Made by a program: the position numbers and the translations under genes. The notes beneath the pieces were generated by a model. It was not told the DNA's origin, did no database searches, and saw only the letters and a list, made by a program, of their open reading frames with translations. From the NCBI RefSeq assembly GCF_016432865.1, contig NC_067403.1, forward strand, positions 254,820,001 through 254,884,000: a stretch of 64,000 nucleotides of DNA, written 5' to 3'. Below, piece after piece: positions 12,501 to 22,920 of this stretch. Position 1 is the first letter of the stretch; every line of letters starts with the position of its first letter. Source of the stretch: Antechinus flavipes. Its lineage: Eukaryota.

Positions 12501-15500
12501 CTCCATGCCCTTACGAGGGCTCGACAAGCCCTCGTAAAAGCCCTAACACAGACATCCTTGCTTTCTATCTTGAGAGAATGGGTATTTCACAGCTGACGGA
12601 GCAGGTGTATAAAAAGATGTTCGCCATAAATCGTGATGAGCGCGCCTGACCTCGAAAGGGGCTTCCCAGCTGCCGGGAGCGAGTGCGGCCCTCGGGCCGG
12701 GCGGGGGGAGCCAGCTCAGCCGGGACCATAAAAGCTCGGGTTAAATGGTCTGTTTTAAGAAGTGCTGGCGGGAGGGGAGAGGCTACAGAGGCGGGTTTCT
12801 CCCAGCGGCTTGGGGGAAGCCAACGGCTGTGGCACGCCGGGCCTGTTCCCGCCAGGAATCCAAACGCTTCCTCCTTATGAGCGCTGACTCTGGACACTCT
12901 TGCTGAGGTTTTTGTGCCTCGGTTTCCTCATCCATAAAATGGGTATGATAATAGCCCCCAGAGTTGGTGGGCACCCTGTGCTCTCCCCTTCTACTCTCAC
13001 CCCAACCCTGAGAGAGGTTACCCCCATTTCCTTCGCCCCTGATCCTTTGCCCCCATTTCCTTCATCCCTGTTTCTTTCACCCCCATTTCCTTCGCCCCTG
13101 TTTCTTTTGCCCGTTTCCTTTGCCCCTGTTTCTTTCACCCCCGTTTCCTTCGCCTCTGTTTCCTTTGCCCCGGTTCTGCTCTGACTGTTTCTCCCGGCCT
13201 GGGCTGCAGCGCACCCACCCACAATTCCACGGCCTGCCAGGAGCTGCCGGCCTTCGCTCTTCCAGGACACGGGTGTGTCCGTGATGGGGAATGAGAGAGT
13301 CCAGATGTGGGGCCTCCAAGCGCTCTGTGACCTCCGAGGGGCGGAGCCCGGCCACACCCCCCACCCCTGACAGAGGAGCAGCAGGGAGAGCCAGACCTGA
13401 GAGTGGCCCAGGCCGGGGCGGGCTCTCGGGCTCCAGGCCCTCCCCAGAGTGCCGCGGGAGCCCCCAAGCGGATGCCCGAGGTGTCAGGTGCCGGAGAGGG
13501 AGAAAAATCAAACAGCCCCTGTCCGCAGAGGTTCCCGCTCTGTCCCACAGCCGCTGAGCCCCCTCAGGGAGGAGTCACCATGGCCACAGTCCGGTCCGGG
13601 AACCTCGGACAGACCGCTGGGGAGCAGGAGGGGCCCCCTGAGAACTTCCGAAACTCCCCGAGGGGACACCCCCAGGCGGGGAACGGCTCAATGAGGGCCG
13701 GGATGTGAGTTCTATAAGAGAGGCCTGGAGGGACTTACAGGAAGTGACAGAACCAGGAGGTCACTGCACACAGCAAGAGCATAATTAATACATTAAATAA
13801 TGTGTTTATTTAAATAAAATGTAACTTTATATATAACATATATTAAAATATATATCTAAAAATATATTTATGTGTACATTTATTTACATAAATATATCTA
13901 AATATAGTCTATATTAATAAATGGAATTTAAATAATAATGAATAAAAACACTTAATAACTAGCAAAAGCATAATCTCGCTCTACGATGCTCATTTCTGGT
14001 GGGCGGGGCTCCTCTGTGCAATGGGCACTTCCAGACTTGGATGGAGGAGCCGTCCGCGTTCAGAGAGAGACCAAGGGAGACTGAATGGGACCAGAGCAGG
14101 CACTTTCTGTCGTTTTCTAGGCTTTCTCTTTCTCGTGTTCTTTCCCCGTCGATCTGAGTTTTCAGGCACGGCCAATAGGAACCGTGTTTAGAAGAAGGGC
14201 ACGTGTCTAAGCTGTATCAGCCTGCTTGCCGTCTTGGGCAGGGGGAACCTTCGGAACGCCAAGTTTTACAAAGGTTTAGAAAAGGAAAACGATCTTTTTG
14301 CGTATTTGGAAAAATAAAATATTGTAAAAATTCTATAAAAAATACTACAAAGAAAACAAAACAAATAACATTTAAAAAAAAAAAAGAACTCCAATTCCCC
14401 CCCCAAAAAAAACAAACAAAAAAAATGCAAAACACAAAAATAAAAAGGACCCCTTGTTCTGCCTGAACTTCAGGGGTTTCAGCTCAAATCCCTCACCGAA
14501 GCCCGCAGGCCTTGATTTACTCATCTGTAACATGAAAAGTATAAGCCAGATGGCTCCCACCAGCTCCGGAGCGAGATGGTCACTTCCTGGCTGTGTGCAC
14601 CTGGACGAGTCACTTAACCCTGTTTGCCTCCATTTCCTCTTCGGGGTTTTTAGACGGCTCGAACAAAATGAGCTTTGGTGCTGGTAAATAGCAGGATGCA
14701 CAACCTAAGGCGCTTTTTAAATATAACTAATAACAGCCAACGTTTTACGGCGCGGATCACGTGCCAGACGCTGCGCTGAGTGCTCTGCGATCATCAGTTA
14801 TTATTCTATGTGGGTTATTGTTATGTCCCAAATGCTTCTCCTGCAAACTGAAACAAGGACAAAAACAGGACACAGAACATAGGAAAGGAGGCGGGGCAGC
14901 CCACACCCTGCCCAAAGTTCCGGGAAACCAAAAGCCCCGAGTGTTCCCTGGGCCGAAGGCCCCAGCACCTGCCTGGTCCCATCTGCAGGCTCTGCAAGAG
15001 TCACTCAGAGTGACAGGCGCCTGGTCTGCTTATAGACATAACCGTGGGGGAGGGAGGGCGAGAGGGAGGAAGAAAGGAAGAGACAGAGACAGAGAAAAGG
15101 AGACACAGAGAGGGAGAGATAGAGAGAGACAGAGACAAAAAGGAAGGAGGGAGGGCGAGAGGGAGGAAGAAAGGAAGAGACAGAGACAGAGACAAAAAGG
15201 AAGGAGGGAGGGCGAGAGGGAGGAAGAAAGGAAGAGACAAGACAGAGAAAGGGAGACACAGAGAGGGAGAGATAGAGAGAGACAGAGACAAAAAGGAAGG
15301 AGGGAGGGCGAGAGGGAGGAAGAAAGGAAGAGACAGAGACAGAGACAAAAAGGAAGGAGGGAGGGCGAGAGGGAGGAAGAAAGGAAGAGACAAGACAGAG
15401 AAAGGGAGACACAGAGAGGGAGAGATAGAGAGAGACAGAGACAAAAAGGAAGGAGGGAGGGCGAGAGGGAGGAAGAAAGGAAGAGACAAGACAGAGAAAG

Positions 15501-18500
15501 GGAGACACAGAGAGGGAGAGAGACACAGAGACAGAGCGAGACAGATAGAGACAGAGAGACAGAGAGACAGAGAGGAGAGGGAGAGGGAGAAAGAAATGAA
15601 GAGACTAAGAAACAGACATAAAGAGAGACAGAGAAAGACAGAGACAAACACACAGGAAGACAGAGGAGAGAAGGAAGGAAGGAAGAAAGGGAGGAGGGGG
15701 GGAGAGGGAAAGGGGAGGGGGGAGGCAGAGCTGGGGAGGTTATGACCCCAGGACTCAGGGCCCTCTGGAGGCAGCTGCCCTGAAGGCATCCAGAGCTGAG
15801 GCAGCAGCAGGGGCTCCCCATCTCTGTCCCTGTCCCCCAGGCCCTTGGCACCCTCTGAGCACACTGCGGAAGTGCGACCCCCCTCCCGGGACCACAGGCT
15901 GGGGAGCAGGGCCAGGCCAGAGTGGCAGTCCTGGGTTCCGTGCTGTAGGACTCTGGGCCCGTCTCCCCTCCTTTGCTGGGTGGGGGCTGGGGAAAGCTGG
16001 CTGCGGTCCTTCCCATCGGGCCCCCCACACACACACTCTGGCTAATTCTCTCAACGAGGACCTTCCCAGGGCTGAGTGCCCCACCCCAGGGTCTCAGGAG
16101 ACCCCTCCCCCCACAGCCCCAGCCCCAAGGGTATTTCCGGCGGGCACCCCTGCCCCCATGCCAGGGTTTCATAAGCAGCTGAGAGTTTTCTGTCCCCTCC
16201 CCTTGGAGGCCCAGCCCCAGCATCCCCTCCTCCAGGAAGCCTTCCCTGATTCCCTATACACCTCACCTCCCTCCCTCCCCTATCCCACCGATGACAAGGA
16301 TCTTTGCCCCTCCCCCAGAATGACCCCAGGACAAAGGGTCTGCTCCTTCCCCGCTGTGTGACCTTGGCCAACACCCAGCCCGTTCCCTTTGCTTGAGGTC
16401 CCTGCCCTCTCTGTGGATGAGGTAGAAGCTCCCATTATACCTATTTCACAGAGGGCAAAACTGAGGCCCCAAAGGATTCTGTGTCCAGCCCGAGATCAGT
16501 CAGTAAAGTCTGAACTCCCGGGCCGACTCCAGGCGTCCCTCCCCGGCCTCTCGCACAGACCAGAGGATCCCGGATCTGGACCCTCCGAGGGCCGGCGAGG
16601 ACTGTGACCCACGTTCTGAGCCCGACCGCGGCGCAATGGGCCAACAGCCCGTCACCGAGGGCCCGAGTGGCGGGGAACCTGCCCCTGCCCTCCAGCAGTC
16701 GGCGCCCTAACAGGAAAGGGCTGAGGGGCTGCCGGGGGGAGGGGAGAGGGGGGCCGGGAGGAGCCAGAAGTGGGGTGAGGGGTGAGCGGACCCCAGAAAG
16801 GGCTCCCCGAGTCAGAAGGGGCGGAGGCGGAGGGGGCTGGGAGACGCACCCTTGAGGACGCTGGTGGCAAAGGTCGGAGGGGGCGGCTTGGGGGGAGCAT
16901 GAGCCGGGCGCCCTGAGTCGGAGAGAGTCACAGGACGTCCAGTTCGAGATGCCCGGGAGGCCGCGGGGCGAGATGAGCACGGAGCCTTCCCGGCCCACCA
17001 GCCCGCCTCCCTTTCAGGACTGGGAGAGCAGCCAGGGACAAGCCGACCCCAGCTTCTCCTCCCTATCTGTGCCCAAGGGCAGAGGGAGAGCACGGGCAGC
17101 TTGCCAGGCCAGTCAAGAACCAGGGGGCAGGGCCAGGAGCACCGGCCAGGGGGGCGGGGCAGGGAGCACCGGCGGGGGGGGGGGGGGGGGGGGGGGAGAG
17201 GGGGGCAGGGCCAGGAGCACCGGCGGGGGGCAGGGGAGGAGGGAAAAGTCTGAGGGAGGGAAACAATGTCTCGGGTCCAGAGGTTCAAAAAAGAGCGATT
17301 CCCAACACACACTCACATACACTCACACACACCCCCCTCTCACACTCACGTGGGCACCCCCACCCCCACCCTCCCCCATCACCCCCCCAGGTGCCCACCC
17401 TCCTCAAAGTCCGCCGGGACAAACGAATCCCCCGACCACAAAGCGCACTTCGCTTCCCCGAGCGGCAGAGAGAAGGAACTTTGGCAAAGGTTCTTTTACA
17501 GGCAGACAAACCCCCAAGTCCCGAGGGGCTCCGGGCGCTTCCCAGCCAGGCGCGGGGCTAGTTCTCAAACCCCCGGCGGCGCCCCCGAGTCCAGGCCCCT
17601 TCCCGGGCGCCCCCGCAGCCCTCGCGGCTCAGGACTGCTGACTCCCCCCCGGGGAGGGAGGGGGGCAGGGAGGGAGAGGGGGGACGGGGGCCCCGGCCCG
17701 GCCGGGCCGAAGGCGCCCCTCACGCGCTAAGGGGCGGCCCGAGCCCCGCTTCTCCGCCCCGGCCGCACCGCTGCCCCGCCTCAGTTTCCTCCGTACGCCG
17801 GGCAGGAGGCGCACGTGCAGGCTCCAGGGCGGCCACGGGACGCTACAGGTTAAGAAACTTGGCCAAAGTTAGAGGCAGGAGAGTCAGCGGCCCCGGGGGC
17901 TCCGGCGCCGGGCGCAGAGCGGGGCTGATGGCGCCCAGCGGGGGAGGGGGCGTGGGGAGGGCTCGCTGCCCTCGGGGCCGGGCTGGAGGCTCCGAGCGCG
18001 TGGCGGGGCTCGTGCACCAGCGCCGGCTGGGGAGGGGGCGCTCCGCCTGTCCCCCTTCCCCCGGAATGGGGGGGGGGTCTAGCTCCGGGGGCCTCTGCCA
18101 TCGCGGCCGCCTGGTGCCCGGACTCGGGGCCCAGCGAGCAGCAGCAGCCCGGGACAAGTGCGCCTCACGGGGGCGGCCGGGTCCGAGGGGGGGCTCTGCC
18201 GGGGGAGGGGGCTGGGCCGCGGTCCCCCTTACCTTTGGCCTCCTTCCAGTCGGTGGAGGTGTTGAGGTCCACCTTGGCCGCCATGGCCAGAGGGGGAGCG
18301 GCTGCCCAAGTGCGCACGCCGGCCCGCCCGGGTCCCTGTGCCCGGCAGAGGAGGCGCGGTGCCAAGGAGGGCTGCGCCCGGGGAGCCGCCGTCAGTGCGC
18401 GCGCGCCCAGGGGCGCCCGGAGGCCGCCGCACGTGCCCCAGGGCGCGCTCGGGGGGCGGCGGGGGGCGGCGAGGCGCGCGCAGAGGCCCCGCACGGCGCC

Positions 18501-18545
18501 GAGCATCCGAGCCCCGCCGGCTGCCCCACGGCTGCCCCACGGCAT
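6600..18545 (-). CDS. MACROD1: ADP-ribose glycohydrolase MACROD1, exons 1-3 (partial; remaining exons lie left of the window)
   Basis: Exons 18545-18233, 7095-6994 (102 nt) and 6716-6600 (117 nt) have GT/AG boundaries and phase-1 joins. They read ...AGVRTWAAAPPLAMAAKVDLNTSTDWKEAKAFLKGLSDKQREEHYFCRDFIKLKKIPTWKEVGKGAAGKEEEPQYKKDKALNDKISLFRGDITKLEVDAIVNA, which matches mammalian MACROD1. The start codon is uncertain (18545 or 18506). Confidence 0.96.
8545..8625 (-). mobile_element. MIR fragment
   Basis: cattttacaggtgaggaaactgaggct core. Confidence 0.65.
9040..10720. repeat. 1.7-kb degenerate alternating purine-pyrimidine (TA/CA/TG) satellite
   Basis: Recurring motifs gtttattgatatct and cagaggagtgtgtttgtaaatatctgtg. 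Confidence 0.9.
11636..11817. repeat. 19-bp minisatellite (ggagcacYgagatctRRac) x ~9.5
   Basis: AGATCT every 19 nt from 11645 to 11797. Confidence 0.92.
13020..13175. repeat. Degenerate 15/30-bp pyrimidine-rich repeat
   Basis: tttccttcgcccctgtttc variants in tandem. Confidence 0.75.
15045..15725. repeat. Polypurine compound satellite with a 153-bp higher-order unit
   Basis: caaaaaggaagg at 15136, 15193, 15289, 15346 and 15442 (spacing 57/96/57/96). Confidence 0.9.
17095..17245. repeat. G-rich repeat (ggggcagggccaggagcaccggc) with a long poly-G run
   Basis: Three degenerate units around a ~20-nt G run. Confidence 0.75.
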
Positions 18546-18900
18546 GAGGAAGACGCCCCGCCTCTCCGCGCGCTCCAGTCGCTCGGAACCGGGAAGGACT
18601 TGGAGAGCGCCTGGCGGGCCGGGCCGGAGCGAGCGGGCTGCGGACGGGCGGCGGGCGATCGCGGGACGCGCCGCTGGGGACCCTGGAACTTGTAGTCCCG
18701 CCTGCCAAGCTGCCGGCTCCCGCCGCAGCCAGTGAACTTGGCCCAGGCGGCGCGCGAGCCTGGCTGCACCCGGCCCCGCTCCGGGCTAAAGACCCGCGGG
18801 AGACCCGCGGCCACGCACGGGAAAGGCAGCAGCGGGGGTGGGGGGGCTTGCACCAGCACGCCCCAGGCAAACTCCCGCGTGTGCGCGCTTGCCCCACCTG
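17500..18900 (-). promoter_or_regulatory. MACROD1 CpG island/promoter
   Basis: Very CpG-dense sequence spanning exon 1; boundaries approximate. Confidence 0.75.
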
Positions 18901-19819
18901 CCCCAGACAAGCTCCTGTGGGCGCGCACACACCCCAACAAATCCCCGGGAATGCTCGTGGGCACCGACATTTCCCCAGCGGAGCCAAAGCTGCCTGGCTT
19001 TGCCCCCAAAGCTCTCCTGCCCCTGGAAGCCGGCTCAGAGCCCCCAGGCCCCCACCCGGCTGCTCCTGGCACCAACAAGTGGGTCTGGCTGCACAAAGTG
19101 GGCCTGCGCCTGGTCTCTGGGCTGAGCACCCCGGAGGTGAACGCATCCCCTGAGGCATTTCTCAGGGCGCAGCGACCTTCCCTCCCATCCACAGAGAACG
19201 GGTGTGAATAGGGACGCCCTCTGTTATTTGGGGGGGGGGTCACTATCCGTGGTTTTGAACCCTGAGGTGCTTCCCCTTTTTTATCTCTCTGGGCTGTGGG
19301 GGTCAAAGGGCAGAATGGGGGGGCTTCGCTCCGCTGGACCCTGGGCCTGCCTCCCACTGGCAAGTGACTGGTCGGTAACGGGCCCAGGGGCCGGGGCTCG
19401 GAGAAAGGCTTCTGCGACATTGGACGCGCTCATTCCACGCCTGGGCCCGTCCGCTCTCCCGCCAGGGACCATGAGGTGAGGAAAACCGGGGTCAGGTCCT
19501 GCCCCTGAAATCTGCCAGCTCGTGACCCCGGGCAGGGCGAGGAGGGCGGTTCCGCTGGCCCCGGGCAAGGCTTGCCCGGCTTTGGACACTGACCTAGGCC
19601 CTTGGGGCCTCTGCTGGAGGAGCCTGAGGGGGAGAAACTCTATGGAAATAAGCAGGTGCAGAGAGCTCGAAAGAGAACAAGAAAGGCCCCCAGAGGGGGG
19701 TCAGAGGAGGATCCTGGGGGGGGGGGCAAAGGCAGCAGCTGCCCCATAGACTGAGGGAGGAGGGACAGGGGATGTCCATGGCCCCTGGGGGCTCTCCCGG
19801 CAGAGACCAGAGTGGTTTT

Positions 19820-19958
19820 GTCATTTCCTCCTTTTACAAAGGAAGGGCTGAGGTAAACACGGTGAAGTGACTCACCAAGGTCACCCAGCAGGCGGCTGAG
19901 ACCTGATTCACATTCAGGTTTTCTGACTCCGGGCCTGTTGCCCCATCCACTGCACTGA
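19820..19958 (-). mobile_element. MIR fragment
   Basis: ttttacaaaggaagggctgagg...aagtgactcaccaaggtcacccagc...ttctgactcc. Confidence 0.6.
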
Positions 19959-19960
19959 AC

Positions 19961-20484
19961 GATAGACAGACAGATGGACGATGGACAGACAGACAAATAA
20001 ATAAAACAGACAGATGGACAGACGGACAAATAAATAAAACAGACAGATGGACAGACGGACAAATAAATAAGACAGACGGATGGACAGACGGACAAATAAA
20101 TAAGACAGACGGATGGACAGACAGACAAATAAATAAGACAGACAGATGGACAGACAGACATATAAATAAAACAGACAGATGGACAGACGGACAAATAAAT
20201 AAGACAGACAGATGGACAGACAGACAAATAAATAAGACAGACAGATGGACAGACAGACATATAAATAAAACAGATGGACAGACAGACAAATAAATAAGAC
20301 AGACGGATGGACAGACGGACAAATAAATAAGACAGACGGATGGACAGACAGACAAATAAATAAGACAGACAGATGGACAGACAGACATATAAATAAAACA
20401 GATGGACAGACAGACAAATAAATAAGACAGACGGATGGACAGACGGACAAATAAATAAGACAGACGGATGGACAGACAGACAGA
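19961..20484. repeat. 36-bp minisatellite (gacagaYggacagacRgacaaataaataagaca) x ~15
   Basis: Tandem units; the translated ORFs show the 12-aa period SVCPSVCLIYL. Confidence 0.93.
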
Positions 20485-21593
20485 TAGCTAGCTAGCTAGA
20501 TGATAGATAAATATTGATGATAGAATAGAAAGCCTTTAAGAGAAAGACAAACCTGATAGACAGATATTAGTAATGGAGCTTGAGGCCTGGACTGGACCAA
20601 AGCTCCTTAAACTATGGCTCGGGACTCGTGTGGGGCCTTAGAACTGAATGGAGGCTTGTGAATATTCTTCTCAGTGACCGGTTCTAGGCCTGTATGCTGG
20701 GTCACACAGACACTCCTCAGGTGACAGGGGGTCCCAGGTGGGCCCCAAGCTTAAGCCCCGGGTTGGCGGCGCTTTGAGCGGGGGCCGGGGGACACTGCGG
20801 GCACAGGATGGCCGCCCGGTTCTCCTGCTTGGGCTCAGTCGTGCTTTCCACGGCCCCGGTTGAGTCCCAGCCAGGAGGGAGGAGATAGCTCTGCGGCTCA
20901 CGGTTGCTCCCCCGCCTTTGCCCTGCCCTGAATCTGCGCAGAATTCCGTGGGGGAGGCTGCTCTCTGTGGGGCTCTCGGAGCCAGAACCGGTAGGTCCGG
21001 TCGGCGCCGCCCGCCCCAGCCCACAGAACTGTGCCTTCCCAGCTCTCGGCAGGGGAGCGGCCGGGGCCGAGCTCCATCCCAGCAGGAGGTTGGAGCCCAG
21101 CAGCGGGGGCTGGGGCGGGATCCTCCCGGAGCTGGCCTCTAAACTGAAGGAGGAGTTTAGAGCAGGGGAGAGGGACCTGGGAGACCCTCCTGCCAAGCCT
21201 AGGGAAGGTAGGGGACCGATCCAAGGTGACCCAGGCACACGGCTGCAGCTGGCGGGCGCTCAGGACCCTGCAGAGCCGGTCATCCCGTGCCCCCGTCCCA
21301 CAGGCTCAGGGACTTCTAAGGAGAAGGTGGGCACGGGGGAGACTGGGAACAGAGCAGCTTGAAGTGAAGACCCAGGCCTGTGATGCCGGGAAAGTCAGTC
21401 TCCCCTCTGGTGCCTCAGCTCCCTCACCTGACTTGGAGGGGAAGCCTGTGAGAGAGCAGCTGGCAAATCTGAGCCTGGGGGGTCCTGGGCGGGGTCGGCC
21501 CGATGGGCAGTGTCTGGTCCCTGCTGCAGGCTGCGCCCCTCTGGGACACCCCCCATGAGCTCCCCACAGATGGGGGCTCCGCCCAAAGCATGG

Positions 21594-21827
21594 NNNNNNN
21601 NNNNNNNNNNNNNNNNNNNNNNNNNNNNNNNNNNNNNNNNNNNNNNNNNNNNNNNNNNNNNNNNNNNNNNNNNNNNNNNNNNNNNNNNNNNNNNNNNNNN
21701 NNNNNNNNNNNNNNNNNNNNNNNNNNNNNNNNNNNNNNNNNNNNNNNNNNNNNNNNNNNNNNNNNNNNNNNNNNNNNNNNNNNNNNNNNNNNNNNNNNNN
21801 NNNNNNNNNNNNNNNNNNNNNNNNNNN
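21594..21827. other. Assembly gap (234 N)
   Basis: Run of N. Confidence 1.
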
Positions 21828-22384
21828 CCTCTCCTCTCTCTTTCTTGCTCCCCCAGCTTCTTCCTCCTCCTCCCGAGGTCAGGACTACATTTCCCAGCAT
21901 GCTAAGTCCAGCCTTCCCCTCCTCCCCCCCTCCCCTCATGTCCATGGCTCCAGTTTCCCAGGACACCTGGGAACTCTCCCATTTAGGTTCTCTCTGGCCG
22001 GGAGCTGCCCCTGCCCCGGCCCCGTCACCTGTTGCTGGAATCCAGACTCAGAGCTAGAAATAGCTGTGTGCCCCGGGGGGAGGGGCCAGCAGCCCCCTCC
22101 CACCCTTGGGGGACACAAGCCAAGAGCACGGAGCTCACGGCCTGAGTCACTGCGGGGCCTGGACAGGGCTGGGCTGGACCTGGGAGCAGGGGGAGGCTCC
22201 TTCACTGCCCCCGGGACTCGCCAGCCCTGCCCCCTCTCCCGACATCCTTTCTGCTGGGGCCCAAAGAACAAGAACTCACTTTGGTAACTCGCTGAAGTCT
22301 GCAAAGCCTGGAACCCTGACCTCGGAGAGAATCCAGCCACCGAGGCCCAAGGTCACACTAGCAGTCCAGTCAGCCAGCCTGCCA

Positions 22385-22610
22385 GAGCACCTACTATGTG
22401 CCCTGCACTCTTAAACCCTTTCCATTCAACTCAATAAACATTACTCACCTACTATGTGCAGACACTGTTGATCCCTTTCCAATTAATTCACTAAACTTTT
22501 ATTCATCACCTACTATGTGTCAGGCCCTGTGCTAAACGCTAGGAATACAGAAAGAGGCTCAGGGCAGTGCCTGTCTCCCAGGAGCTTGCAGGGGAGGGAG
22601 GGCCCAGGAC
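22385..22610 (+). mobile_element. Three tandem L2 3'-end fragments
   Basis: cacctactatgtg at about 22388, 22447 and 22507; the last continues into caggccctgtgctaaacgctaggaatacag. Confidence 0.65.
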
Positions 22611-22733
22611 GGGGTGGAGAAGGCTTCCTGCGGAAGTGGGGGATTGAGCAGGGGAGCTGGAGGTCAGGACACAGCCAGGCTGTTGGGGAGCAGGAAAAGG
22701 CCCCGAAAGGGAGAAGGGAGTCAGGCTCTAAAG

Positions 22734-22920
22734 CAGGGGTCCTCAAACTTTTTAAATAGGGGCCAGGTCACTGTCCCTCAGACTGTTGGAGGCCGGACCA
22801 GAGTAAAAACAAAAACTTTGTTTTGTGGGCCTTTAAATAAAGAAACTATAGCCCTGGGGGAGAGGGATAAACGTCCTCAGCTGCCGCATCTGGCCACAGG
22901 CCGTAGTCTGAGGACCCCTC
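22734..22920 (+). mobile_element. Non-autonomous hAT/Charlie MITE, OC1 (OposCharlie1)-like, 187 bp
   Basis: Terminal inverted repeats CAGGGGTCCTCAAACT (22734) and AGTCTGAGGACCCCTC (ending 22920). 8-bp target-site duplication CTCTAAAG (22726-22733) / GTCTAAAG (22921-22928), fitting the Charlie NTCTARAN preference. The family name is from recall. Confidence 0.85.

Noticed and set aside
15001-16223. Long ORFs (343, 397, 286 and 233 aa) rich in L/S/F or R/E/K
   Set aside because: They are translations of the polypurine satellite, which lacks stop codons because of its composition.
19640-20450. ORFs with a repeating SVCPSVCLIYL motif
   Set aside because: Translations of the 36-bp minisatellite on its antisense strand.
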